NCBI GenBank assembly: GCA_937930845.1
Contig: CALHBJ010000008.1
Span: 121,132-185,131 of the forward strand
DNA: 64,000 nucleotides
Origin: an uncultured Rhizobiaceae group bacterium
GTDB taxonomy: Bacteria; Pseudomonadota; Alphaproteobacteria; Rhizobiales; Rhizobiaceae
Reading direction: 5' to 3'
Shown here: piece by piece, positions 19,972 through 30,069 of the stretch
Layout: every line of letters starts with the position of its first letter
How positions within the stretch are numbered: position 1 is the stretch's first letter
The notes under the pieces: generated by a model
What the model saw: the letters and a program-made list of their open reading frames with translations, nothing else
Told to the model about the DNA's origin: nothing
The model's database searches: none
Program-made: the position numbers and the translations under genes

Positions 19972-21600
19972 ATGACCGAACCGCTCCTTAAAGTCGAAGA
20001 TCTTTCGGTGACATTCACCGCCGCCGGTACAACCACCCATGCGGTCAGGAACATCTCGTTCGATATCAACAAGGGTGAAACGGTCGCCCTGGTGGGGGAA
20101 TCCGGGTCAGGTAAATCAGTATCTGCACTTTCCGTATTGAAACTGCTGCCCTACCCGCCGGCCAGTCATCCTTCGGGCCGTATTGTGTTTGAAGGCCAGG
20201 ATTTGCTGACTGCCAGTGAACGCGAATTGCGGGGTGTGCGCGGCAATGATGTGACAATGATCTTTCAGGAGCCCATGACTTCGCTCAATCCGCTCCACAC
20301 GATTGAACGACAGATCGGTGAGATTCTGTCTTTGCATGGCCATCTGGGGGAAGATGGCGGTCACTCCCGGATCATTGAACTCCTCAATCAGGTGGGTATC
20401 CGCGACCCGGAAAAACGCCTTGGGGCATTTCCCCATCAATTGTCCGGCGGCCAACGCCAGCGCGTTATGATTGCCATGTCCTTGGCCAATGAACCAAAAT
20501 TGCTGATTGCGGACGAACCAACAACGGCACTTGATGTGACCGTGCAGGCGCAGATTCTGGAACTGCTGAACAAGCTGAAGGCTGATAAAGGCCTGTCCAT
20601 GCTGTTCATCACCCATGATCTGGGGATCGTTCGAAAATTCGCCGACCGGGTCTGCGTCATGACCCAAGGCGAGATTGTGGAAACCGGCGCGACCGCTGAT
20701 ATTTTTGACAACCCGCAACACGACTACACCAAACACCTGCTGGCGGCTGAACCAAAGGGTGAACCGCCAGCGCATGATGAAAACGCCGAAATCATCATGC
20801 AAGGTGATGACATCAAGGTGTGGTTTCCCATCAAGAAGGGATTCATGCGCAAGACCGTTGATCACGTGAAAGCTGTCGACGGTATCGACCTTAAATTGCG
20901 GGCCGGGCAAACGCTCGGTGTGGTCGGCGAATCCGGATCAGGAAAAACCACACTGGGGCTGGCGCTGACCCGAATGATCTCGTCACAAGGAAAAATCGCT
21001 TTTGTCGGCAAGGATATCGACAGCTACTCGTTTAATGAAATGAAGCCCCTGCGCAGCGAAATGCAGATCGTGTTTCAAGACCCCTATGGTTCACTGTCGC
21101 CACGCATGTCGGTTGCTGAAATCATTGCCGAGGGGCTTCATATTCACAAACCTGGGCAGACATTTGAACAAATTGACGCCACCGTTTCTTCCGTATTGGA
21201 AGAGGTGGGACTGGACCCTGAAACACGCCACCGCTATCCGCACGAATTTTCTGGCGGCCAGCGCCAGCGCATGGCGATCGCCCGGGCGATGGTGCTGGAA
21301 CCCAAGTTTGTGATGTTGGACGAACCAACTTCCGCCTTAGACATGAGCGTGCAGGCGCAGGTGGTGGAATTGTTGCTGCGGCTTCAGGAACAACGCAATC
21401 TTGCCTATCTTTTCATTAGCCACGACTTGAAAGTTGTGCGGGCGCTGGCCAATGAAGTCATTGTCATGCGCCTGGGCAAGGTGGTTGAACAGGGGCCGTC
21501 ACGCCAGATATTTGACGAGCCAAGGGATGACTATACCAAAGCCTTGATGGCAGCAGCGTTTGATCTTGCAACCGCTCCGGCGGGTATCGTCAACCAATGA
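19972..21600 (+). CDS. yejF: Fused double-NBD ABC ATPase YejF
   Basis: Two GESGSGKS/T Walker A motifs, LSGGQRQR and FSGGQRQR, two DEPT motifs. Confidence 0.93.
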   Translation: MTEPLLKVEDLSVTFTAAGTTTHAVRNISFDINKGETVALVGESGSGKSVSALSVLKLLPYPPASHPSGRIVFEGQDLLTASERELRGVRGNDVTMIFQEPMTSLNPLHTIERQIGEILSLHGHLGEDGGHSRIIELLNQVGIRDPEKRLGAFPHQLSGGQRQRVMIAMSLANEPKLLIADEPTTALDVTVQAQILELLNKLKADKGLSMLFITHDLGIVRKFADRVCVMTQGEIVETGATADIFDNPQHDYTKHLLAAEPKGEPPAHDENAEIIMQGDDIKVWFPIKKGFMRKTVDHVKAVDGIDLKLRAGQTLGVVGESGSGKTTLGLALTRMISSQGKIAFVGKDIDSYSFNEMKPLRSEMQIVFQDPYGSLSPRMSVAEIIAEGLHIHKPGQTFEQIDATVSSVLEEVGLDPETRHRYPHEFSGGQRQRMAIARAMVLEPKFVMLDEPTSALDMSVQAQVVELLLRLQEQRNLAYLFISHDLKVVRALANEVIVMRLGKVVEQGPSRQIFDEPRDDYTKALMAAAFDLATAPAGIVNQ

Positions 21601-22229
21601 GCCGTTTCGGTGACGGCCCTGTTCGCGACCAGGCGCATGCGGTTTCGATTACGAACAGGAAAGTCGCCTATCGCGGTTTTCGCAGAGTGGATCTGATCTC
21701 CTATACGGAAGACGAGGACACCCCGCCGCGTGAAATCAAACGCGAGATCATGGCCGCGCCCAATGCGGTGGCGATCATTGTCTACGACTCCCAATTGGAG
21801 CGGTTGGTGATGGTTCGCCAGTTCCGTCTGGCGGCGCAAATGGGCACAGGTAAGGGAATGTGTGCCGAGATTGTTGCTGGCCTGATTGATGAAGGCGAGA
21901 CCAGTGCACAGGCGGCTCACCGTGAATTGCTGGAGGAAACCGGGTTGGTGGCAAGCAGAATGGAACACCAGCTTGCTTTTCTCACCTCTCCTGGCATGAC
22001 CGATGAAGTGATCGAACTGTATTATGCTGAGGTGGACGCATCAAAATTAAGCAGCGAAGCGGGTGCAGAGAACGAAGCTGAGCGCACATTTCCCTTCACT
22101 CTGACCCTGCAACAGGCTCTGGAAGCAGTGGACACCAATGGCATTACCAATGTCATTGCGATGATGGGAATTCTGCATTTTAACCGCAACAGGAACCGTT
22201 TGCTGAACACCACCGGAGAGGCTGAATGA
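21597..22229 (+). CDS. ADP-ribose/NDP-sugar pyrophosphatase (NudF/NudK-like)
   Basis: VRQFR, Nudix box AGLIDEGETSAQAAHRELLEETG, SPGMTDE. Confidence 0.85.
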   Translation: MSRFGDGPVRDQAHAVSITNRKVAYRGFRRVDLISYTEDEDTPPREIKREIMAAPNAVAIIVYDSQLERLVMVRQFRLAAQMGTGKGMCAEIVAGLIDEGETSAQAAHRELLEETGLVASRMEHQLAFLTSPGMTDEVIELYYAEVDASKLSSEAGAENEAERTFPFTLTLQQALEAVDTNGITNVIAMMGILHFNRNRNRLLNTTGEAE

Positions 22230-23191
22230 CGATGGCCGATAGCATTTTGATTGATCTGGATTTACATCCCGATGTTCAGCTGACGCGGTTCATGCAAGAG
22301 TTTGCTGAACGTCCCGTTGTTGCGCCCAATCCAGATACGGGCCGCGCAGATGAACCACAACGCATTCAATACGCTGTTGTGTGGAAGCCAGAACCTGGGA
22401 TGCTGGCATCACTTCCCAATCTGGAAATTATTTTTTCGCTTGGCGCGGGTGTGGATGCCATATTGCGCGACCCGGCACTGCCAGACCTTCCCCTGGTTCG
22501 CTTTGTTGATCCAAATCTCACAGGGCATATGTGCAATTGGGTTGTCCTGCAGGTGTTGATGCACACACGCCGGCAAAGGGGATATGACGCATTACAGCGC
22601 AAACGCGAGTGGAAGGAAATTCACCCCCAGCCTGCCAGTAACGAACTCACTGTTGGAATTATGGGACTGGGGGAATTGGGTAGCGCCTGTGCCACGGCTC
22701 TGCTGGCTCTTGGGTTTAACGTTTGCGGTTGGTCTCGTACGCAAAAATCAGTCAAAGATGTTGTCACTTACCATGGCGACGGGCAATTGAATGCGTTTCT
22801 TTCCAAGACGGATATTCTGGTTTCTCTGCTGCCACACACGTCAGCCACCCATGGCATATTAAACCGCGACCTGTTTGAGAAACTCTCGAAAGACGGCCCG
22901 TTTGGCGCTCCGGTTGTCATCAATGGCGGCCGCGGTGGCAGTCAGGTAGAGGCCGACATCATTGCCTGCCTTGATGAGCGCGTTTTGCACGGGGTGTCGC
23001 TTGACGTTTTCGAGACCGAGCCCTTGCCAGCCAACAGTCGGTTATGGACTTTCAACAATGCAATTCTAACGCCCCATATGGCGGCGGTCAGTGACCCGGC
23101 AACATTGGCAAGCCATGTGCGCACTCAAATTGACCGCTACGAGCGCGGTGAGGAATTGCAACATCTGGTAGACCGCAGCCGGGGTTATTGA
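22226..23191 (+). CDS. ghrA: Glyoxylate/hydroxypyruvate reductase A
   Basis: SLGAGVD, GIMGLGELG, GWSRTQK, LLPHT..T.GILN, LDVFETEPLP, TPHMAA. Confidence 0.88.
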   Translation: MTMADSILIDLDLHPDVQLTRFMQEFAERPVVAPNPDTGRADEPQRIQYAVVWKPEPGMLASLPNLEIIFSLGAGVDAILRDPALPDLPLVRFVDPNLTGHMCNWVVLQVLMHTRRQRGYDALQRKREWKEIHPQPASNELTVGIMGLGELGSACATALLALGFNVCGWSRTQKSVKDVVTYHGDGQLNAFLSKTDILVSLLPHTSATHGILNRDLFEKLSKDGPFGAPVVINGGRGGSQVEADIIACLDERVLHGVSLDVFETEPLPANSRLWTFNNAILTPHMAAVSDPATLASHVRTQIDRYERGEELQHLVDRSRGY

Positions 23192-23257
23192 CGCTCTGGA
23201 TTCGGGCAGCCCTGTCCGGTCAAAATCGATCAGCCCCTGTGCGCTGCTAACGTTTAA

Positions 23258-24133
23258 TCATCCCCGGCCAAGACGCCGAACGCGGGTTGGTGCACCATAG
23301 TATTTTTCAAGCCCACCGGCTTTTTGCCCAAGTGGACCAAGTGTTGTGGCCATGGCCACACCATTTGCATCCAGCAGTTCGCTTGCACTGATCATGATCC
23401 CCACATGTCCGGGCCAGAACAAAACATCTCCGCGCTGGTAGTTCTGGGGAGAAAAATTCTCTCCAAGATCTTCGCCCAGGCTTTGGGATTGCATATCGGT
23501 ATCCCGCAGAACGGTCTTTGCGCACATGCGCAGGGCAAGCTGGATCAATCCTGAGCAATCCAGCCCAAATCCGCTCGTGCCTCCCCAAAGATAAGGCGTG
23601 TGCAAGAACTTCAGGGCAACTTCAACAAAGTCATCATCGGCTTCTTCAACCGGACGCACGTGCTGCGCCATGAGGTGGCGTCCATCTTCCAGTTGGGCAT
23701 AGTGATTATTCCGGTTTTCAACAAAGGCCTGCACACGCACCGCCGATCCCATGGACAAGACATCCACCGCTGGCGTGCGAAGCTCCGGCGGTTCGTAGAC
23801 AAAGGTTCGGGGCGCCGTCACGATGTGGGTAGGTGAGGAAAGATCGTCGCTGAGGGCAGAGCTTTTCACATATCCCACATAGCCATCACCGAATGCCTGC
23901 ACCCAGGAATATTCGCCTGTCGCATCGAAAACGCGCACGCGATCTCCCATCAGCAATTGGGTATCGACACCAGCTTCCTTTGCTGGTGCGTTTTGAATAT
24001 CCAGTACGGGAACGCATACCGCCCTTTCGTGCCCCTGGACAAAACGGGGGGCGGTCACCACACCACGCAGTCGCGCATCGGCAAGATCATCACGCCAGGC
24101 ATTGAGCCTTGGATCGGGTCGTTTTTCGTTCAA
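23258..24133 (-). CDS. SH3b + NlpC/P60 peptidoglycan endopeptidase
   Basis: N-terminal DPRLNAWRDDLAD, SH3-like segments; PYLWGG, GLDCSGL, GHVG. Confidence 0.9.
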   Translation of the reverse strand: MNEKRPDPRLNAWRDDLADARLRGVVTAPRFVQGHERAVCVPVLDIQNAPAKEAGVDTQLLMGDRVRVFDATGEYSWVQAFGDGYVGYVKSSALSDDLSSPTHIVTAPRTFVYEPPELRTPAVDVLSMGSAVRVQAFVENRNNHYAQLEDGRHLMAQHVRPVEEADDDFVEVALKFLHTPYLWGGTSGFGLDCSGLIQLALRMCAKTVLRDTDMQSQSLGEDLGENFSPQNYQRGDVLFWPGHVGIMISASELLDANGVAMATTLGPLGQKAGGLEKYYGAPTRVRRLGRG

Positions 24134-24483
24134 GATATGGTCTCACCCTGCGAAGAAATCATAAGGGCCAGTCTGTCGATGAACTCCGCGCCTTTTACAG
24201 TGCGTTGAATGAGCACATTGCGGCGATCCCGCTCATCGCGTCGTCGGCTTACCAGCCCAAGAATGCCCATTGAATCCAGCGCGCGGGTGATCACAGGCTT
24301 GGTGACATTGAGATGTGCGGCAAGCCCACGCACCGTGTGTGGTGGCGGATCGAGGTAAATCGTGAGCAATATTGCCATCTGGCGCACACTGAGGTCTGGC
24401 ACGTCATCGCGCGCGCTTTCCAGCATCACCCGATGCCACAATAACAGGGCCTGTCCCGGCTTGATATTCATGACCATCTGCAA
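24130..24483 (-). CDS. MarR-family transcriptional regulator
   Basis: HTVRGLAAHLNVTKPVITRALD..GLVSRRRDERDRRNV wHTH. Confidence 0.9.
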   Translation of the reverse strand: MQMVMNIKPGQALLLWHRVMLESARDDVPDLSVRQMAILLTIYLDPPPHTVRGLAAHLNVTKPVITRALDSMGILGLVSRRRDERDRRNVLIQRTVKGAEFIDRLALMISSQGETIS

Positions 24484-24543
24484 TCCAGTTCGTTACGGCA
24501 CCGGAATCAGATTGCCACCAGGTCGCGCCAAGTTCAACCCGGT

Positions 24544-25953
24544 CTATGTTGGGTAACGTTTTGACAGGACTGCAAACAATGCGCGAATGCCACAGGCTTC
24601 GCCGCCGGTAACTGCCCAGGGTTTGTCTGACGGCACCCAGCCAAAAATGTCGAAATGTGCCCAACATTTCGTCTGCTCCACAAAGCGAGACAAAAACAGT
24701 GCCGCAGTAATGGAGCCTGCAAACCCTCCCGCAGTGATGTGGTTCACATCAGCCACCTTGGAGGCCAGCATCGATTGGTAGGGATCCCAAAGCGGCATGC
24801 GCCAGGCTGGATCAAGCCGCGCAACCGATTGTGCGCCGATGTCATGGGCGAGACTTTCATTATCGGTATAAAAGGGCGCAAGGTCTGGCCCGACCGCCAC
24901 CCGCGCAGCGCCGGTCAGGGTCGCCATATCGACCATTACTTCCGGCTTTTCTTCGTCGCCCAAGGTCAAACAGTCACCCAGCACCAGGCGGCCTTCTGCA
25001 TCTGTATTACCAATTTCGACAGTTATTCCCTTGCGCGACTGAAGAACATCACCGGGGCGAAATGCATTGCCCGCAATGGCATTTTCTACGGCACCAATGA
25101 TGACCCGTAACCGAACCGGCAAATTGGCGTCCATGATCATGTGGGCCAGGCCCAGCACATTGGCGGCACCCCCCATATCTTTTTTCATAAGGGACATGGA
25201 TGCGCCCGGTTTGATGTTGAGACCTCCGGTGTCGAATGTCACACCCTTGCCGACCAAGGTGACTTTGGGATCGGTGGACTTGCCCCACTTTAGGTCGATG
25301 ACGCGGGGGGCTTCAGCGCTGGCCCGGCCCACGGCGTGTACCATGGGGAAATTCTTGGTCAGCAGAGCATCGCCCTTTACTGTCGCCACCCGTGCCCCGT
25401 GATGTTTGGCCAGTTTGCGCACCGCCACTTCAAGATTGTCGGGACCAAGATCGCTGGCGGGGGTGTTGATCAGGTCGCGGGCGATGAAAACACCCTGTGC
25501 CAGACGGCGTACAGCCTGCCCCTGTTGGCCTGACGGCAAGACAAGCTTGGGGGTGGCATGTTTGCGTTTGCGATATCGATCAAATGAATATCCGCCCATT
25601 GCCCAGCACAATTGGTCTTCTGTGGTCGGGTTTTCGCCGGCCAATATATAGTTTCCCTTTGGCAGGGTGCGGGCTAATCGGGCATGGCCAAGACGGTCCT
25701 TTGGGGTTGGGCTGCTTTCACTGGAAAGATCGCCCGCCCCAAACAATACAGCCGATATTGTGCCGTTGGTTGCCGGTATCAAACAGGTCTCTCCTGCCGC
25801 AGCCGAAAAACCATTGGCCTTGGCCCAGGCCAGGTCGACGGAAGACAACCCATCCACGCCCTTCTTCCATGCCTTCCGGTCTACACGATGAATGGGAACG
25901 GCCTTCTTGCCTGATTGCACGAAGTGTTGGGCCGGGTCGGTGTCAAAATACAT
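24544..25953 (-). CDS. M17 leucyl aminopeptidase family protein
   Basis: VGKGVTFDTGG, MKKDMGGAA, NTDAEGRL, DMATLTGA. Confidence 0.95.
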   Translation of the reverse strand: MYFDTDPAQHFVQSGKKAVPIHRVDRKAWKKGVDGLSSVDLAWAKANGFSAAAGETCLIPATNGTISAVLFGAGDLSSESSPTPKDRLGHARLARTLPKGNYILAGENPTTEDQLCWAMGGYSFDRYRKRKHATPKLVLPSGQQGQAVRRLAQGVFIARDLINTPASDLGPDNLEVAVRKLAKHHGARVATVKGDALLTKNFPMVHAVGRASAEAPRVIDLKWGKSTDPKVTLVGKGVTFDTGGLNIKPGASMSLMKKDMGGAANVLGLAHMIMDANLPVRLRVIIGAVENAIAGNAFRPGDVLQSRKGITVEIGNTDAEGRLVLGDCLTLGDEEKPEVMVDMATLTGAARVAVGPDLAPFYTDNESLAHDIGAQSVARLDPAWRMPLWDPYQSMLASKVADVNHITAGGFAGSITAALFLSRFVEQTKCWAHFDIFGWVPSDKPWAVTGGEACGIRALFAVLSKRYPT

Positions 25954-26002
25954 GGAAATCTCTCACAAATGTGTTGTTGCGCGCGCTTCGCCGGTTGGCA
26001 TC

Positions 26003-26017
26003 TTAACGATCCATTAG
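26003..26017. promoter_or_regulatory. CtrA-like site upstream of tadD
   Basis: TTAA-N7-TTAG (7/8 of TTAA-N7-TTAA), plus GTTAAC at 26019-26024. Confidence 0.55.
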
Positions 26018-26122
26018 GGTTAACAGAATATTTCTTAAGGCACACTGGGGCTCGGTCCCCTGCTATTGGCAATCCACGCATCGCGGGACCACCCGCGTGA
26101 TTGAGTGACAGGAATATCCTTG

Positions 26123-26923
26123 ATGAGACTGTTCAGCGCATCGTCAAAAACGCCTGCTGCCTTTCGCGGCACTGTATTGGCACTGGCAACGGCCATATTA
26201 TTGGTTGGTTGTGCAAAAGACCGCAGAACAACGGGAAGCGTCCCGGCCAATCTGCGCAAGCCCGTGGCAGAAATGAACCAAACCGAACTACAGCAGGCCA
26301 CAAGTTATTGGCAGCGCCAGTATGAACGCGATCCCAAGGTCAAGAAAACCGGGCTGCAATTTGCCACAGCGCTGCGGATGACCGGACGCAACGACCAGGC
26401 TCTCGCCGTAATGCAAAAAGTGGCAATCTATCATCCTGAAGACCGCAGCGTCCTGGCCGCCTATGGCAAGGCGCTTGCCGGTGCTGGTGATTTGAACAAG
26501 GCCCTGGCGACCATCCAGAGGGCGCAAACCCCGGATAATCCCGACTGGAAACTGCATTCAGCCGAAGGTGCCATCTACGACCAGATGGGCAAACCAGAAC
26601 TGGCGCGCGCACAATATCGCCGGGCATTAGATCTCAAACCCGGTGAACCCTCCATTCTTTCCAATCTGGGCATGTCCTATCTGCTGGCGGGCGATTTGCG
26701 CGCGGCGGAAACTTATCTCCAACAAGCCATCAACCGGCCTGGAGCCGACAGCCGTGTGCGCCAAAACCTGGCATTGGTTATCGGATTGCAGGGTCGGTTC
26801 AAGGAAGCCGAGAAAGTTGCGGCGGGCGAATTGCAAAGCGACGAGGCGGAACGCAATGTGGCATTCCTGCGTCAAATGCTGTCTGAACAAAATGCCTGGA
26901 GCGAGCTAAAAGACAAAAATTAG
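26123..26923 (+). CDS. tadD: TPR lipoprotein TadD (secretin pilotin)
   Basis: Lipobox LLVGC; TPR repeats; NLGMSYLLAGD, VRQNLALVIGLQGRF. Confidence 0.8.
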   Translation: MRLFSASSKTPAAFRGTVLALATAILLVGCAKDRRTTGSVPANLRKPVAEMNQTELQQATSYWQRQYERDPKVKKTGLQFATALRMTGRNDQALAVMQKVAIYHPEDRSVLAAYGKALAGAGDLNKALATIQRAQTPDNPDWKLHSAEGAIYDQMGKPELARAQYRRALDLKPGEPSILSNLGMSYLLAGDLRAAETYLQQAINRPGADSRVRQNLALVIGLQGRFKEAEKVAAGELQSDEAERNVAFLRQMLSEQNAWSELKDKN

Positions 26924-27915
26924 CCGCCGGTCCCAACGACAAGGCCGGCCGCACGCCCAAGGTGTTCCTCCGCACCATTTACAAGGCGTTCAATAATTTC
27001 GCGCACGGGCGGCACATCGTCGATCAGCCCGGTCGCTTCCCCCACAAATGTGTTGGCGGTATCCACTTCACCGCGTTGCCATGCGTCTTTCCACAAGGCC
27101 GCCTGTTCCGTGGCATTGGCGATCAATCCATCAAGATCACCATGCCATCTGTCAATGAAGGCGTTTTTGAGAACCCGCGCGGTGTAACGTTGTGGCCATT
27201 CCAGTTCACGGGCAATATCCATCACACTGGAGCGGATCGTGCTATCGCCCGTGGCTTCCAATGCTGCGGCCAGCATGTTGGGATGCACCAACGCTTCCTC
27301 ACTGGCCCACAGCCGCGACCCCACCACAACACCATCTGCCCCCAGGGCAAGTGCTGCTGCAAGCCCTCTGCCATCGGCGATACCGCCTGCCGCACATAGC
27401 AAGGTTTTTGGCGACGATCTGGCGATGATGTCCGCAACTTCCGGTACGATGGTCATGGTTCCTCGGGTTTCCCCATGCCCACCTGCCTCGGCCCCCTGCG
27501 CCACAACAACATTTGCACCCACGTCAATCGCACGGCGCGCATCGGCAACGGATTGTACCTGACAAATCAGTGGCGTGTTGGCATTGATGATGGTCTGGGC
27601 AAACGGCTTTGGATCACCAAATGACAAGAACATGGCCCGCGGCTGGCGCTCCAGGATGCTATCAAGAAGTGCGGGAGATGCATCAAGCGCTTTTTGAAGG
27701 TTCCATGTGATAAAGCCACAACCAACCGGCGCATTTTGCGCAGCTTCAAACTGGTGCGACAGCCATTGGGCATCGCCATAGGCGCCGCCGATTAACCCCA
27801 ATGCGCCGGCATTGGTGACTGCGGCTGCCAGTTTGCCACCCGCTGCAAACGCCATGGGCGCGGACAGGATCGGGTGTTCAATTTGGAAATAGTCTGTCAG
27901 CCGGGTTTTGATCAT
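26920..27915 (-). CDS. Nitronate monooxygenase family flavoprotein
   Basis: APMAFAAGGKLAAAV..AGALG, QGAEAGGH, AAGGIADGRG, GSRL. Confidence 0.88.
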   Translation of the reverse strand: MIKTRLTDYFQIEHPILSAPMAFAAGGKLAAAVTNAGALGLIGGAYGDAQWLSHQFEAAQNAPVGCGFITWNLQKALDASPALLDSILERQPRAMFLSFGDPKPFAQTIINANTPLICQVQSVADARRAIDVGANVVVAQGAEAGGHGETRGTMTIVPEVADIIARSSPKTLLCAAGGIADGRGLAAALALGADGVVVGSRLWASEEALVHPNMLAAALEATGDSTIRSSVMDIARELEWPQRYTARVLKNAFIDRWHGDLDGLIANATEQAALWKDAWQRGEVDTANTFVGEATGLIDDVPPVREIIERLVNGAEEHLGRAAGLVVGTGG

Positions 27916-28004
27916 GGTTCAGGCCTGCACTGAATTTGTGCGACCTTACCAAGTCTCGCCGCCTAACCCAAGGCGTTTGCGGGAGTGTTTAGGCTTCGAA
28001 TGTC

Positions 28005-28982
28005 CTAAAACAGAGCAAACGCGCGGATGAGTGCAGGTGCCAGGATCACGCAGAACAGCACGGGCAGGAAACAGATCATCATGGGAACTGTCAGCTTTGG
28101 TGGCAGAGCGGCTGCCTTCTTTTCCGCAAGGTTCATACGCTGGTCACGGTTTTCCTGGCTGAGAACCCGCAACGCGGCTGACAAGGGCGTACCATATTTC
28201 TCTGCCTGAATGAGCGAGAGCACAACGTTCTTTACACCTTCAAGGCCGGTACGGCTGACAAGATTGTCATAGGCCTGCCGGCGCTCCTGGAGATACGACA
28301 ATTCTGCGGTCGTGATCATAAGTTCTTCAGCCAAGGCCAAAGATTGCGGGCCGATTTCGGCAGCCACTTTTCTAAACGCAACTTCGATGGTCATGCCCGA
28401 TTCAACGCAGATAAGGGTCAGATCAAGCGCGTCTGGCCAGGCCTGGGTGATGGAAAGCTGACGCGCACTCAGGCGGTTCTTAACCACCATTAGCGGCGCA
28501 TAAAATCCCGCAAAGCCAGCACATAATATAATCATCATGGTCTTCAGCCCGGCGTCTTCTTCAACACCCGTGATGACATAATAATAGAATGCGGCTACGG
28601 CCATAAAGAGAAATGGCAGACCAAAACGCAGGCCCAGAAACAGGAACAAGGGAGACTGTCCACGGTAACCGGCCTGAATGAGCTGGGCTTCCGTTTTCTC
28701 ATCGGCCAGGGCGGTGCGCAGATTGAGCTTTTCAACAATCGTTTTAATAACAGCACCCGGCTCACGCTTGGTAACTTTGGTGCGGCCATCTTTCTTTTCA
28801 TTTAGCAGGCGTGCGCGTTCACGGGCCCGCAATTGCTCTCTCTCAAGCGCTACCGACTTCATCCTGTCGCCAAGATTGTCCCGGGCGAACATTGGCATGG
28901 CCACGGTGAGAATGGTGGCAAACACTGCGATGGCTGTCGCCAGGGCGATCAGATTTTCTGGTTGTGTTAACAGGTCGATCAT
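28005..28982 (-). CDS. tadC: Tad platform protein TadC
   Basis: WPDALDL..ICVESG, LIQAEKYGTPL, EKKAAALPPKLTVPM. Confidence 0.93.
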   Translation of the reverse strand: MIDLLTQPENLIALATAIAVFATILTVAMPMFARDNLGDRMKSVALEREQLRARERARLLNEKKDGRTKVTKREPGAVIKTIVEKLNLRTALADEKTEAQLIQAGYRGQSPLFLFLGLRFGLPFLFMAVAAFYYYVITGVEEDAGLKTMMIILCAGFAGFYAPLMVVKNRLSARQLSITQAWPDALDLTLICVESGMTIEVAFRKVAAEIGPQSLALAEELMITTAELSYLQERRQAYDNLVSRTGLEGVKNVVLSLIQAEKYGTPLSAALRVLSQENRDQRMNLAEKKAAALPPKLTVPMMICFLPVLFCVILAPALIRAFALF

Positions 28983-29012
28983 GGCGATTTTCCGATGCCG
29001 CGCAGCATTGTT

Positions 29013-30008
29013 CTAGAATTTGAAGTTAATCATCTTTTTCATGACCATGATGCCGAAGCCCATGGAAACAGCACAACCGAGTATTATTTTCTTTCCGGTT
29101 GGATGGCTAAAAAGTGGATCGAGATAGCCGGGTGTTGTGAATGCCACGAGTCCGGCCACAATAAATGGCAGGGAGCCGATAATGATTGCAGAGGTCTTGG
29201 CTTCCGTTGAGAATGCCTGGATCTTATCTGCCATACGGCGGCGTTCGCGCAGAACCTTTGACAGGTTGCCCAATGCTTCCGACAGATTACCACCCGCCGA
29301 CGACTGGATCGCAATCACGATCGAGAAGAAGTTGGTCTCGGGCGTTGGCACGCTTTGGTATAGACGCTCACATGCATCGGGCACCGTGATGCCCATTTGA
29401 GTGGCTTCAACCAATTTGCGAAATTCTGAGCGTACGGGCTCTTCCGCATCGTTTGCGATGATGCGCAGGCAATCATTGAGCGGCAAACCGGACTTAATAC
29501 CGCGCACGATGATGTCGATCGCGTTTGGAAAAATCAAAATGAACTTGCGGAAACGCCGGGCGCGCACAAATCCCACATACCAGCGCGGTACGCCAAGACC
29601 GGCAACGAAACCCAATCCAGCCGCCACGGGCAACGGAACGCGGCCTGACAAAAACAAAGCGATAAACACAAAAATTCCGAAAATCACCGAATAGACGGCA
29701 AACTTTCGAACAGAGATGGTCATGTCGGCCTGAACCAGCTTTTGGCCAAGGCTCGGAGCCGCGGCTTTCTTGCCCGCAGCCCTTTGGGAATCAATGTTCT
29801 TTAGAGTTTCTTCGCGGGCCTTTCGGCGCTGTTTTTCATCAACCCGTTTTGCCTGAACCTTGTGCTTGGTCTTGGAATCCACCTGGAAATTCTTCATGCG
29901 CTGCGAGGTCTTTTTCTCGCTGGCAATCGAATTGTACAACAGGGCATAACCCAAGGCACCGGCCGTCAATGCGGCAAGTCCGGCGAACATGATGATCTGA
30001 AGGCTCAT
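29013..30008 (-). CDS. tadB: Tad platform protein TadB
   Basis: FPNAIDIIVRGIKSGLPL, IQSSAGGNLSEAL, EAKTSA. Confidence 0.93.
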   Translation of the reverse strand: MSLQIIMFAGLAALTAGALGYALLYNSIASEKKTSQRMKNFQVDSKTKHKVQAKRVDEKQRRKAREETLKNIDSQRAAGKKAAAPSLGQKLVQADMTISVRKFAVYSVIFGIFVFIALFLSGRVPLPVAAGLGFVAGLGVPRWYVGFVRARRFRKFILIFPNAIDIIVRGIKSGLPLNDCLRIIANDAEEPVRSEFRKLVEATQMGITVPDACERLYQSVPTPETNFFSIVIAIQSSAGGNLSEALGNLSKVLRERRRMADKIQAFSTEAKTSAIIIGSLPFIVAGLVAFTTPGYLDPLFSHPTGKKIILGCAVSMGFGIMVMKKMINFKF

Positions 30009-30069
30009 AGTCGTTACCCGATACGCTTAACTCAAGGGCGTTGCCCAAAAACAAATACTGAGCGGCCAG

